Shown here piece after piece: positions 11,032 through 21,288 of a stretch of DNA of 64,000 bases (its first letter is position 1; each line of letters begins with the position of its first letter). Location: the NCBI GenBank assembly GCA_029882685.1, contig JAOUKH010000001.1:3159-67158 (forward strand). Direction: 5' to 3'. A model generated the notes under the pieces. It saw only the letters and a list, made by a program, of their open reading frames with translations, was not told the origin of the DNA and did not search any database. This stretch comes from Cyclobacteriaceae bacterium. Lineage in GTDB: Bacteria; Bacteroidota; Bacteroidia; Cytophagales; Cyclobacteriaceae. Position numbers and translations under genes: made by a program.

Positions 11032-11139
11032 AAGTACATGCTTTCACTACAATAAAAAGAACATTTGTAGAGAGATTTTACTTAGCTTTCAAAAAAAATA
11101 AATACCTTTTCGCTACAATCAATAGGGATAAAAAAATAG

Positions 11140-12192
11140 TTAATCCTGGAGTACATTACTCAAGAAAGTCGATTTTAAAAATAGCCATAAGAGTAACAAT
11201 ACAATTCCCCAAGTGAGGTATATTTGATAAAAGTCAGAGGTGTCTTTGTATCTCGATTCTTTAATTTCAGCTTTTTCATATTTATCGATAAGAGCAAATA
11301 CATTCTGCAAAGCTTTATTGTCTGATACACGATAAAATTCTCCTTCCCCTATTTCTGCAATTTGGCGTAGTGTAGTTTCATCAAGAGAATTTTCCACCAT
11401 ATTAGGTCTGCCAAAAAAATCTTTCCCCATAGGCACTTTTCCTTCTTTACCAATAGCAATACTATATATTTTAATGTTATAAGCAGCAGCTAATTCAGCT
11501 GCGGTAATGGGATCTATATTACCAGCGGTATTATCTCCATCACTTAATAATATCATCACTTTCGATTTAGACTCAGAATCGCGCATGCGGTTAGTAGCAA
11601 CTGCCAATGCACTACCAATAGCTGTCCCTCTACTTTCAATCATATCGAAGTGAATTCCCTTGATATGTGCATTAAGTAGGTCATAATCTGTAGTTAATGG
11701 AGATAATGAATAGGCATCCCCTGAAAATATCACCATACCAATACGATCCTGAAACCGTCCTTCAATAAACTCAGTAGCTACACGTTTGGCAGCTTCTAGT
11801 CGGTTGGGTTTGAAATCTTCAATCTGCATTGAGTGAGAAATATCTACTACTAACATAATGTCAATTCCTTCAGTCCATTGGTCTATTTTTTCGTTCGTTT
11901 TTTGTGGTCGAGCTAGAGCTACAATAAGCAATGCCAAAATTAACATTAGTAGAATGTCAGGAATAAACCTTACAAGTGTAAAAGCAGATTTTTGAATGTC
12001 TTTTTTAGGAAGTGCTACTGGTAGTTTTTGATTCAGTTTTCCTTTTATTAACCATCTAACAATAAAAATTAGAGGGATAATAATTAACCCATAAAGCCAT
12101 AAAGAATTTCCCCAAGAGTAATTGTTAAAAATGCCAACTTGAAACCAATCTAGAGAGTACCATGGCATATCACTGTTGAATTGTTCATCCAT
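11140..12192 (-). CDS. vWA-domain membrane protein (BatA-like)
   Basis: Two N-terminal TM segments, MIDAS motif VVDISHSM, vWA core LLSDGDNTAG, and a C-terminal TM. Confidence 0.85.
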   Translation of the reverse strand: MDEQFNSDMPWYSLDWFQVGIFNNYSWGNSLWLYGLIIIPLIFIVRWLIKGKLNQKLPVALPKKDIQKSAFTLVRFIPDILLMLILALLIVALARPQKTNEKIDQWTEGIDIMLVVDISHSMQIEDFKPNRLEAAKRVATEFIEGRFQDRIGMVIFSGDAYSLSPLTTDYDLLNAHIKGIHFDMIESRGTAIGSALAVATNRMRDSESKSKVMILLSDGDNTAGNIDPITAAELAAAYNIKIYSIAIGKEGKVPMGKDFFGRPNMVENSLDETTLRQIAEIGEGEFYRVSDNKALQNVFALIDKYEKAEIKESRYKDTSDFYQIYLTWGIVLLLLWLFLKSTFLSNVLQD

Positions 12193-13129
12193 TTTTCACC
12201 TCCTCTTTCTTCAGTTCATTACGTTGTTGAGCAAATTCCTTTAATATATGGAAATGAATATTTTCTGTTTTCATAGCTCCATAAATCCATTTATCAATAT
12301 CCATTAGTATTTGAAGTACTTCGTTTTTCTCAAGGTTGTATAATTTGTTTACCTCTTTGGTAGTCATTTTAGTATATGGACGCTTCTCTAATTTCTCTAA
12401 ATATTTTTTCCAAAGGTATACTACGTTTTCAATTCCTTCTACTAACGATTCAGAATGAACAGCATTTACAGCAACGTCAAATTGTATTACAAATTTTTTA
12501 AATTTTCTATTCAGTTTACGTATTTTCCATGCTTTTTGAATCTTTTTCCCAAAAATCAGAATTAAGGCAATTATAATAATAGTTAGAATACCCAAACCTA
12601 TAAGAAGGTATGGGTAATTAAATTCTGTAGAAACATGTAAATAAGAAGTATTTTCTTTTAGCTGAATAGAATCAGGTATTTGATGGATAAGTTCTATAAG
12701 AAATACTGAATCTCGTTGTGCAAAATACCGTAATGTGTCCTTGCCATTTATTTGAAAAATGGGCAAGCTTAAATACTGGATGCTATCAACTTCGAATGTT
12801 GATAAATAATAAACTACACTATCCAAACTTTCCAGGCTATCCGATTTTGTAGTGTAATACTCTTTTTTTTCAAATTCAAAAGGGCTAAAATTATATAGAG
12901 AGTCAGGAAAAATGACACTAATATCTTTGCTGTATTTAGCAGAGAGTGTATAAGGGATGGAAATTCCAATTTTCACACTATCTTCTTGAAATGCTCCTTT
13001 GGGTAGTATGTCTTGCCCCATTGCACTAATGGTGAGGAGTAAAAAAGTAATGATACTGCTTATTGCTTTTTTATACACTTTTAAATGATTGGTTTCTGAT
13101 TTTGAACATTCGGATAAGTTGTGGCACAT
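12185..13129 (-). CDS. Hypothetical membrane protein of the DUF58/vWA cluster
   Basis: ORF with a signal-like segment AISSIITFLLLTISAMGQ and a central TM (YLLIGLGILTIIIIALILIF). A GTG at 13078 would give an 8-nt overlap with the DUF58 stop and may be the real start. Confidence 0.6.
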   Translation of the reverse strand: MCHNLSECSKSETNHLKVYKKAISSIITFLLLTISAMGQDILPKGAFQEDSVKIGISIPYTLSAKYSKDISVIFPDSLYNFSPFEFEKKEYYTTKSDSLESLDSVVYYLSTFEVDSIQYLSLPIFQINGKDTLRYFAQRDSVFLIELIHQIPDSIQLKENTSYLHVSTEFNYPYLLIGLGILTIIIIALILIFGKKIQKAWKIRKLNRKFKKFVIQFDVAVNAVHSESLVEGIENVVYLWKKYLEKLEKRPYTKMTTKEVNKLYNLEKNEVLQILMDIDKWIYGAMKTENIHFHILKEFAQQRNELKKEEVKNG

Positions 13130-13949
13130 AATTTTCGTTTGTATCCACGGAGAGAAAATTTATTTGGTGTTTTTTGCAGAAGATTTGCAATTCACTATTC
13201 TTGGTTATATAGGTGTCGATAAGTTTTGAACGGAAAAAGGATGACGAAGTATTTACCCATACAGTTTTGTTATTCTCTTTATCTAGAATTGGGATCATCC
13301 CAAGTTTAGGCAATAGTGTTTCTCGTTTATCTGTTATTTGTAATACGATTAAATCATGCCTTTTTGCCATGGCTTTAAGGTTATGATGATAATCTTCATC
13401 AATAAAATCTGAAATGATAACAATAACTGCTCGCCTTTTCAACGTTTTCATAGCAAATGTTAAAGCTTCATTAATATTGGTCTTTCTTGACTTAGGTTTT
13501 AGATCATAGAGCCTATTGATGATTTCATAGGCTTTCTTTTCTCCTTTTGTAGGTTTAACATAAAGTTCACGAGTATCGGAAAAACACATTACGCCAGTTT
13601 GACTTGACTCCTTTGAAGCAGCCAAAGCCAGAACGCCACATATTTCTTTGCCGATGTCTAATTTTTGCATTCCAGGAGTCCCTATTTCTTCAGAGGCACT
13701 AACATCCAACATAAAAAAGACCACTTGCTCTTTATCTTCTTTGAAAGTTTTTACAAAAGTACCATGCCCTTTTGCAGACACATTCCAGTCAATAGACCTC
13801 ACATCATCTCCATACTGATAGGCACGCACATCTTCATACTCAAGCCCTGACCCTTTGAAGACAGACCGAAAGTCACCTTGCATCTGTGTATTCAATGCTT
13901 TTCTAATCTGAATTTCGTATTTTCTTAATTTCTTTATAATCTCCCTCAT
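13071..13949 (-). CDS. DUF58 domain protein (MoxR-associated vWA-like)
   Basis: DUF58 signature YQYGDDVRSIDWN. 292 aa. Confidence 0.85.
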   Translation of the reverse strand: MREIIKKLRKYEIQIRKALNTQMQGDFRSVFKGSGLEYEDVRAYQYGDDVRSIDWNVSAKGHGTFVKTFKEDKEQVVFFMLDVSASEEIGTPGMQKLDIGKEICGVLALAASKESSQTGVMCFSDTRELYVKPTKGEKKAYEIINRLYDLKPKSRKTNINEALTFAMKTLKRRAVIVIISDFIDEDYHHNLKAMAKRHDLIVLQITDKRETLLPKLGMIPILDKENNKTVWVNTSSSFFRSKLIDTYITKNSELQIFCKKHQINFLSVDTNENYVPQLIRMFKIRNQSFKSV

Positions 13950-14203
13950 TGGAATGATTTTTGGACTTTAAAATTAGAACAAATTATGGTAATTTTCGAC
14001 CGTAATAATTTGAATTATTTTTGAGGCATTTATTCAGTTTAAAAGGTAAGTACTTTCTTTTATAGTGTTCAAAGAAAAGGGTCAAATATTACAAAATGAA
14101 ATATTTTAGAAAAAATTGATTGTGGACAAAAATATATTTTAAACTTTTGAAGTGTTTTCTTTGAGAAACAATTATTCTACACCTACTATAAAATAATAAA
14201 TTA

Positions 14204-14599
14204 ATGAGAACGAAATTTTTGTTGTTGAGTTGTGTTTTACTTTGGTCTTGTGCAGAAAAGAATGAAATCCCTAATAACATTTTTAATCAGGAAGAAATGG
14301 TGGATATTTTATTAGAAGTATATGTCGCACAAGCGAAAGTATCCGTAGAGCGTGGTTTGAAAAGAGATTCTTCTGAGATACTTTACGAGTATTATCAGAA
14401 TTACATATTTCAAAAAAGAGAAATAGATTCAACAGATTTTTACAATAGTCTGACATATTACTTTGAACATCCCGTTGAATTTGAAAAAATAAATGAAATA
14501 GTGCTTGACTCACTGAATTTACGACTGGAGAAAATGGAAGCACAAGAAGAAAAAGATAATAAAGGAAAGAAGGAATTATCAAATAGCATTCCTAAATAA
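14204..14599 (+). CDS. DUF4296-like lipoprotein
   Basis: Lipobox LLWSC, then IFNQEEMVDILLEVYVAQAKV and YY...P pattern recalled from DUF4296. The stop abuts the mutS2 ATG. Confidence 0.55.
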   Translation: MRTKFLLLSCVLLWSCAEKNEIPNNIFNQEEMVDILLEVYVAQAKVSVERGLKRDSSEILYEYYQNYIFQKREIDSTDFYNSLTYYFEHPVEFEKINEIVLDSLNLRLEKMEAQEEKDNKGKKELSNSIPK

Positions 14600-16987
14600 A
14601 TGTTATACCCCAACGATATAGAAAAAAAACTCGATGTTGATAAAATAAGAGTTTTGTTATCTTCTTATTGTCAATCTACTTTAGGAGAAGGATATGTGGA
14701 TCGATTACAATTTTCATCTGATATAGGCCAAGTTTCGAAATGGCTTACTCAAACTGATGAATTTAAATCCATATTGCAATCGGGTGAAAGCTTCCCTCAT
14801 AATCACTATTACAATGTTTCTGATTCACTAAGTAAGGCAAAAGTTGACGGAGTTTTTTTATTGGAGGATGAATTTTTGAAAATAAAAAACTCATTAGAGA
14901 CTATATTAGAGTGTATCATCTTTTTAAAGGATGTTGAAAAATACCCACAACTATCACAATTGGTCTATTTGGTGAGTATTGATAAAACACTTATCTATTC
15001 CATAGACAAAGTAATTGACGAAAAAGGAGTAGTTCGTGACGGGGCAAGTTCAGCGTTAAAAGTTATCCGATCAGAAATTAAGAAAAGCCAACAGCAATTG
15101 CGCAAAACCCTCGATAGTATTTTTCGAACATCGAAGGAAAAGGGTTATGTGCCTGAAGGAAGTTCACTTACAGTTCGTGATGGTAGGATGGTAATCCCCC
15201 TACAAGCAGAACATAAACGTAAGTTAAAGGGTTTTATTCATGGTGAATCCACCACTGGGCAAACCATTTTTATGGAACCTGCAGAAGTGTTGGAAGCCAA
15301 TAATCAATTGCGAGAATTAGAGTATGCAGAACGTAGAGAAATAATAAAATTACTTACAACACTAACTGACCAAGTTCGTAATCAAATAGAGCCACTTAAA
15401 AACGCATATCGTTTTTTGGGAATAATAGATTTTATAAGAGCAAAAGCAAAATTAGCTATGCTTTTAGAGGCAGAACTACCCGAAATTATTGATACTCCCT
15501 CAATGAATTGGGAAAATGCCAGACATCCATTACTTTTTCTTTCCCATAAGGAACAAAGTAAAAGTGTTGTCCCACTAAATATTACCCTTGATAGTAATAA
15601 TCACCTATTATTAATTTCAGGACCTAATGCTGGAGGTAAATCAGTATGTTTAAAAACAGTAGGGTTGTTACAATATATGGCACAATGTGGTTTACTGGTA
15701 TCGGTTCAGGAAAACTCTACTTTGGGTTTGTTCGAAAGCATATTTATTGACATAGGTGATGAGCAATCTATAGAAAATGATTTAAGTACATATAGTTCTC
15801 ACCTTACTAATATGAAGCATACACTAAAAAATGCTTCGGATCGTAGTCTAGTGTTAATTGATGAGTTTGGTACTGGAACCGAACCCAATTTTGGAGGAGC
15901 CATTTCTGAGGCTATACTTGCAAAAATGACACAAAAAAAGGTATGCGGTGTAATAACTACACACTATTCTAATTTAAAAGAATTTGCTGATAAAACTGCA
16001 GGAGTGCAAAATGGAGCAATGCGTTTTGATATTCAAAAACTAGAGCCGCAATATATTCTTGAGATAGGAAAACCAGGAAGTAGTTTTGCGCTAGAAATTG
16101 CCCGAAAAATAGGGTTGTCGCATGAGGTAATTAATAAAGCGAAAGAGTTGGTTGGTCAAGAGCATACCGATATGGATAAACTACTTCGTGATTTGGAGCG
16201 TGATAAAACACGAATTTTAAAACGTGAGAAATCCTTGAAAGAAAACGAGCGAAAACTAAAGCAACAATTAAGTAAATATGAGCAACTTAACGAAGAAATA
16301 GGAGGAAGGAAAAAGGAAATAATTAACAAAGCAAAAGTGGAAGCGGAGCGATTGTTGTCCGATACTAATCGGCAGATTGAAAAAACTATACGCCACATTA
16401 AAGAGAATAAAGCAGAAAAGAAAGAGACCAAACGAGTAAGAAAAGACCTTAATCAATTGAAGGATAAGGTTAAACCAGAACAAAAAAAACAAAAAGGCTT
16501 AGCCATTGAAGTAATAAAAGGAGAAATTGAAATAGGAGATTTTGTAAGATTAGTAGAGCAGGATGTGATAGGTGAGGTAACCGCTAGAAAAGGTAAAGAT
16601 GTGGAAGTATTAATTGGTCAATTAAAATCGAATATGAAAGTCAATCGTTTAGAGCGAATTTCAAAAAAAGAGGCTAAAACCACCCTTCGAAAACCTAAAC
16701 GTGAAAACTTAAAGAGTATTGATCTTAATCAAAAATTATCGAAGTTTAGTTCTACCTTGGATGTAAGAGGTAAACGTGCAGAAGAAGTTTTACCAATGTT
16801 GCAGAATTTTATTGATGAGGCAGCTATGTTTAACCAAAACGAAGTAAAAGTTTTGCATGGAAAAGGACATGGCATTTTACGTGATCTAGTTCGTGACCGA
16901 TTGAAAGGAGAACCAAACGTTGCTTCTTTTGCGGATGAACATGTTGAGCGTGGTGGAGCTGGAATTACTGTTGTAGTGTTGAAGTAA
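14600..16987 (+). CDS. mutS2: Endonuclease MutS2 (MutS domain V plus C-terminal Smr)
   Basis: Walker A GPNAGGKS, Walker B LVLIDEFGTGTEP, a long K/E coiled-coil linker, and C-terminal Smr (LDVRGKRAEE...VLHGKGHGILR). Confidence 0.93.
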   Translation: MLYPNDIEKKLDVDKIRVLLSSYCQSTLGEGYVDRLQFSSDIGQVSKWLTQTDEFKSILQSGESFPHNHYYNVSDSLSKAKVDGVFLLEDEFLKIKNSLETILECIIFLKDVEKYPQLSQLVYLVSIDKTLIYSIDKVIDEKGVVRDGASSALKVIRSEIKKSQQQLRKTLDSIFRTSKEKGYVPEGSSLTVRDGRMVIPLQAEHKRKLKGFIHGESTTGQTIFMEPAEVLEANNQLRELEYAERREIIKLLTTLTDQVRNQIEPLKNAYRFLGIIDFIRAKAKLAMLLEAELPEIIDTPSMNWENARHPLLFLSHKEQSKSVVPLNITLDSNNHLLLISGPNAGGKSVCLKTVGLLQYMAQCGLLVSVQENSTLGLFESIFIDIGDEQSIENDLSTYSSHLTNMKHTLKNASDRSLVLIDEFGTGTEPNFGGAISEAILAKMTQKKVCGVITTHYSNLKEFADKTAGVQNGAMRFDIQKLEPQYILEIGKPGSSFALEIARKIGLSHEVINKAKELVGQEHTDMDKLLRDLERDKTRILKREKSLKENERKLKQQLSKYEQLNEEIGGRKKEIINKAKVEAERLLSDTNRQIEKTIRHIKENKAEKKETKRVRKDLNQLKDKVKPEQKKQKGLAIEVIKGEIEIGDFVRLVEQDVIGEVTARKGKDVEVLIGQLKSNMKVNRLERISKKEAKTTLRKPKRENLKSIDLNQKLSKFSSTLDVRGKRAEEVLPMLQNFIDEAAMFNQNEVKVLHGKGHGILRDLVRDRLKGEPNVASFADEHVERGGAGITVVVLK

Positions 16988-17129
16988 TTTGTCGAATAGA
17001 ATTAAATGAGCTAATTGAAAAGAATGTTTAACATCCGTTTAAGGTTTATTTTAACCTATTATAAATCAATAGAAAACCCTTTCATCAAAATGACGTTGTT
17101 TTGCATGAACAAGATATTAAACTAAAACT

Positions 17130-18920
17130 ATGAAAAAAGGACTATTTACAACTGTGATGGTAATGGTTTTAGCAGCAAATACCTTTGCGCAAACTGCTAA
17201 TTTACGTTACAACATTGATCTTAATGACAGAGAGGACGATACCTTTAAGGTTACACTAGAAGTGGATAAATTAAATGAGGAAAACAATGTCTATCAATTT
17301 GCTTCTACAGCTCCAGGAACTTATCAAACTATGAACCTCGGAAGATTTGTTTCTGATTTTAAAGTTTTTGATAAAAAAGGAAACGAAATTGAAACGAAAA
17401 ATATTTCTATAAATCAATGGGAGATATCAGCTCCTAAAAAAGTAAAAAAAATAACTTACGAGATTGCAGAAACTTGGGATACACCTGTAGAAGAATACCC
17501 AATTTACAAAATGTGTGGTACTTCAATGGAAGACGATCACGTACTTATGAATGCACATTGTATTTTTGGATTTCCAAGCGGATTACAAGATGCACCATTA
17601 AGCATAAATTTGACTTATCCTGAAAACTGGGAGGTAGGTACAGCATTGAATAAAAATGAATCGGGTGCTTTTTATGCCAATTCTTACGATCATGCTGTGG
17701 ACTCACCAATATTATTAGGTCGTTTAACAAAGGCCACTACCGACTTAAACGGAAGTAGTATAGAGATTTATACTTACTCAAAAACTGATCTTGTGTCTTC
17801 CGAACAATTATTAAGTTCAATGTCGAACATGCTAACAGCAGCAAGTGAATTCATGATTGATTTTCCCGTAGATAGATATGCTTTTCTTTATCATTTTGAA
17901 GATGAAAGTTGGGGAGCTTGGGAGCATTCATACAGTTCAGAATATGTAATGAAAGAACAAGAGTATACAGGAGAATTTAAACAGGGAGTTATTGATATGG
18001 CGGCACATGAATTTTTTCATGTGGTTACACCATTAAACATCCATAGTGAATTAATTGAGCAATTTAATTTTGTTACACCAACGCCTTCTGAACATTTGTG
18101 GCTGTACGAAGGAACAACAGAATGGGCAGCTCATATGATGCAACTTCGAAATGGACTAATAAGCTTAGACCAGTATTTTGCTATGTTGCAGAAAAAATTG
18201 ATAACCGATTCCTATTTTGATCCTGAATATAGTCTTTCAAAACTAGCACTCACTTCTTTTTCAAAAGAAGGGCAACAACAATATGGTAATATTTATATGA
18301 GAGGTGCTATAGTAGCAGGATTGTTGGATATACGATTACTAGAACTGTCAGAAGGAAAGAGAGGGTATAGAGAGGTTATATATGAGTTATCTAAAAAATA
18401 TGGGCCTAACAAAGCTTTCTCTGAAAAAGATTTCTTTGCTGAATTTGTGGAGTTTACCTACCCTGAGATTGGTGAGTTTTTTGATATGTATGTGAAAAAT
18501 GCTAACCCATTACCCATAGCTGAATATTATACGAAATTGGGAATTATATATACACCAGAAGTGAAAAAAGGTCAATTAGTGGTTGATTTAGGTGGGCATT
18601 TAGCTGTACCTGATGGTAAAATAAGATATGTGAAAATTAGACCTGAATTAGAAAAAATGGGTCTAAAAGTAAATGATGAACTAATTGGAATTAATGGAGA
18701 AGAGTTAAGTTTGTCAAATGCTAATCAACTTATTGGAGGGTTAATGCAGAAAGAAATTGATTATGAGTATGAAGTAAATGTTAGAAGAGGAGAAGAAGAA
18801 TTGACCATTCCATTGAAGCTGCTTTCAAAAGAAAAGGTCTCCAAATTTTTATTTGAAATAGATAAAAATGCTTCTGATAAACAGAAGGCACTTAGAGAAA
18901 TTTGGATGAAAAACATGTAG
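17130..18920 (+). CDS. Secreted gluzincin metallopeptidase (M61-like) with C-terminal PDZ domain
   Basis: Signal peptide, HEFFHV (HExxH) with a downstream YEGTTEW glutamate, and a PDZ-like GLKVNDELIGINGEEL. Confidence 0.7.
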   Translation: MKKGLFTTVMVMVLAANTFAQTANLRYNIDLNDREDDTFKVTLEVDKLNEENNVYQFASTAPGTYQTMNLGRFVSDFKVFDKKGNEIETKNISINQWEISAPKKVKKITYEIAETWDTPVEEYPIYKMCGTSMEDDHVLMNAHCIFGFPSGLQDAPLSINLTYPENWEVGTALNKNESGAFYANSYDHAVDSPILLGRLTKATTDLNGSSIEIYTYSKTDLVSSEQLLSSMSNMLTAASEFMIDFPVDRYAFLYHFEDESWGAWEHSYSSEYVMKEQEYTGEFKQGVIDMAAHEFFHVVTPLNIHSELIEQFNFVTPTPSEHLWLYEGTTEWAAHMMQLRNGLISLDQYFAMLQKKLITDSYFDPEYSLSKLALTSFSKEGQQQYGNIYMRGAIVAGLLDIRLLELSEGKRGYREVIYELSKKYGPNKAFSEKDFFAEFVEFTYPEIGEFFDMYVKNANPLPIAEYYTKLGIIYTPEVKKGQLVVDLGGHLAVPDGKIRYVKIRPELEKMGLKVNDELIGINGEELSLSNANQLIGGLMQKEIDYEYEVNVRRGEEELTIPLKLLSKEKVSKFLFEIDKNASDKQKALREIWMKNM

Positions 18921-19084
18921 AAAATTTACTGTCGGATGTTATTCAAACCTATAAAATATATGCTTTACTTGTCGAAGGTGTAATAATATTGGATAATTTC
19001 CTCATCTGAAATAAAAAGGCTAATTCGTTTTAGAATAAGTCTTTTTTTGTTCTTAAGAATTCTTTCCATATATTTTTGAATACG

Positions 19085-19945
19085 ATGAAAGGTAAATTCA
19101 AAAAAATACTACTGTTCACTTTTCTAATAATTGCTAGTTTTTTAATAACTACAAGTAGTAGTATGACTTTTCGTCAATCCGATAAAAAGACGATAGCTTA
19201 TTTTGAAAAAAAGAATCAAAAAGCAAATATCAAAAGGTTGAATTATGAAGGTAAAGAAGTGAGGTATGTAGAAGTAGGGACAGAGAAGAATAAAAAAGCT
19301 TTAGTAATTTTTGTACATGGGGCACCTGGATCTTCAAGGGATTTATTATTCTACCTTTCTGATAGTATATTGTTAGAAAAAGCAAGGATGATTTCTTTTG
19401 ATCGACTAGGATACGGATATTCCGATTACGGGAATGCTGAAATATCAATTGAAGAACAAGCCAAATTGGTTAATGCATTTGTAAAAGAAGCTAAAGAGTC
19501 TACTATTATTTTAGTTGGACATTCATTTGGAGGACCTATAATTGCCAAAGCTGCAATTATGAATACTAAAATAAGTGGAATATTGATGTTAGCTCCTGTT
19601 AATGATCCCTATAATGAAAAAATATTGTGGGTATCCAATTTTGGTAAATGGAAGTTAACTCGTTGGATGATGTCAAAGGCATGGAAAGTAGCTACTGATG
19701 AAAAGTTCACCCATGAGCAGGAGTTACTGAGGATGAAAGATGGGTGGCAGAAACTTCGAGTGCCAGTTGTACATATACATGGTGGAAAAGATTGGATAGC
19801 ACCTATTAGTAATGTGGCATGGAGTGAAGACAATATTCCTAAAAAACATCTTAAAATAATAAATCAAGAAGAACTAGATCATTTTATTCCTTTTAAAAAT
19901 CATGATTTGGTGGTTGAACAGATTTTGGTTCTTCTAGAAAAATAA
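19085..19945 (+). CDS. Alpha/beta hydrolase
   Basis: HG oxyanion motif FVHGAPGS and nucleophile elbow GHSFGG. ATG at 19085 is preferred over TTG at 19076. Confidence 0.8.
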   Translation: MKGKFKKILLFTFLIIASFLITTSSSMTFRQSDKKTIAYFEKKNQKANIKRLNYEGKEVRYVEVGTEKNKKALVIFVHGAPGSSRDLLFYLSDSILLEKARMISFDRLGYGYSDYGNAEISIEEQAKLVNAFVKEAKESTIILVGHSFGGPIIAKAAIMNTKISGILMLAPVNDPYNEKILWVSNFGKWKLTRWMMSKAWKVATDEKFTHEQELLRMKDGWQKLRVPVVHIHGGKDWIAPISNVAWSEDNIPKKHLKIINQEELDHFIPFKNHDLVVEQILVLLEK

Positions 19946-19990
19946 ATTTTACCATTAATATTAATGATAATGTATAGTAAATTAAGAATG

Positions 19991-20791
19991 TTATTTATTA
20001 CTGTCTGAATTTAGAGAGTCATAGTGTTTGTAAATAGTTATTAAGTTTTCTTTGTCCTTTATTTTTAAATGATTCTGTTTTATAAATGTACTCATTTCTG
20101 ATAGCTCACTTTTAGAGATATTTTTTGAAAACATTTTTTTCTTACTATTTATCCTAAGAGCGTAATCTATAGTTTTGTCTAAAAAATAAAATTCGGTTAT
20201 GTCTTCTATTTTGGCTGGCCAAGAGGTTGATAATGAGGTTTTGGCTTTTTGTTCTTCTTTAAATTGTTTGACTTTTCTTATTAATAGTGTGAAGTTATTT
20301 CCTTGATAAAGAACTGTTAAATATCCTAACATAGTAGTACCATTTTCATTAGTTTTATATGGTTGAAACATATATTTTTCTTCACCAATCGTACAACTAA
20401 TGTCTGGATGTCTAACTAAGTATTCAATTTCATCTTTAACTTGTATTTCAATTTCATCCCTAAAAGCATTGTACCTAAGTAAATAGTTGCGTTTTGTTTC
20501 TTTATTATTATCCAATAATTTACCTAATACAAAAGCTTTATTATAATAAGAGTTACCCAAAATTTGTTCTTCTTCAAAAGGAGTAAATACTCTATTTGCT
20601 TTGTATCTTAAATCTGTGAGTGCATCTCGTAGTCTGTAATCCCATTCAGAAGCATTTGAAAACCCATCATATATGGAAGAACGATTGTCAATAGAATTTT
20701 GAGAATTAGCTACAAAAGGAATAACAATAATTAAAAATAATAGATATATAATTTTTATGGTTTTGTTATTTAAATGAAAAGTAACTCTCAT
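19991..20791 (-). CDS. Hypothetical secreted protein
   Basis: Long ORF. ATG at 20791 gives MRVTFHLNNKTIKIIYLLFLIIVIPFVANSQ, which looks like a signal peptide. No recognisable motif. Confidence 0.6.
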   Translation of the reverse strand: MRVTFHLNNKTIKIIYLLFLIIVIPFVANSQNSIDNRSSIYDGFSNASEWDYRLRDALTDLRYKANRVFTPFEEEQILGNSYYNKAFVLGKLLDNNKETKRNYLLRYNAFRDEIEIQVKDEIEYLVRHPDISCTIGEEKYMFQPYKTNENGTTMLGYLTVLYQGNNFTLLIRKVKQFKEEQKAKTSLSTSWPAKIEDITEFYFLDKTIDYALRINSKKKMFSKNISKSELSEMSTFIKQNHLKIKDKENLITIYKHYDSLNSDSNK

Positions 20792-21288
20792 GATAATACG
20801 TATATTACAATAAATGTATAAAAAACAATACAAAATAACCATATGTATATATTAAAAGAGGACAAATTTAAAATAGTATCCTAAATAAATTAATTATACA
20901 GGATAATAACACTTAAAACTATTATTATATAAATGATAATTTATAGGTGCTCTTTGAGCAGAACTCCTTGAAATTGTGGTTTGTCCCTTGTTTTTATTCT
21001 TCCAAAAGGCTTGCCAATCTAAGCTATGTTGATCAAAATAAAATTGACATTCCGACACTAGCAAAAAATGTTACACCAACAACCACTACAATTGGAATAA
21101 GCTATAATGTCAAGAATGTCAATCATGTTTTTTTCTTTTTAGTTCATCAACTAAAAAGAAGTAATTAATTTTGGTGCAACTCCCCCAGTAGGAACATTTT
21201 TAAACAACCACTAAATACTCTCACTACGCACAAGGCGAGGAAAAAATGAGAGATCCTACTTGGAAAAATTAGAGGAGCTGCACCTCCA

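Noticed and set aside
20947-21168. 73-aa GTG-initiated ORF downstream of ftsZ
   Set aside because: There is no ATG start, the composition is odd (TTTT run, hydrophobic junk) and no motif is present. It is probably non-coding.
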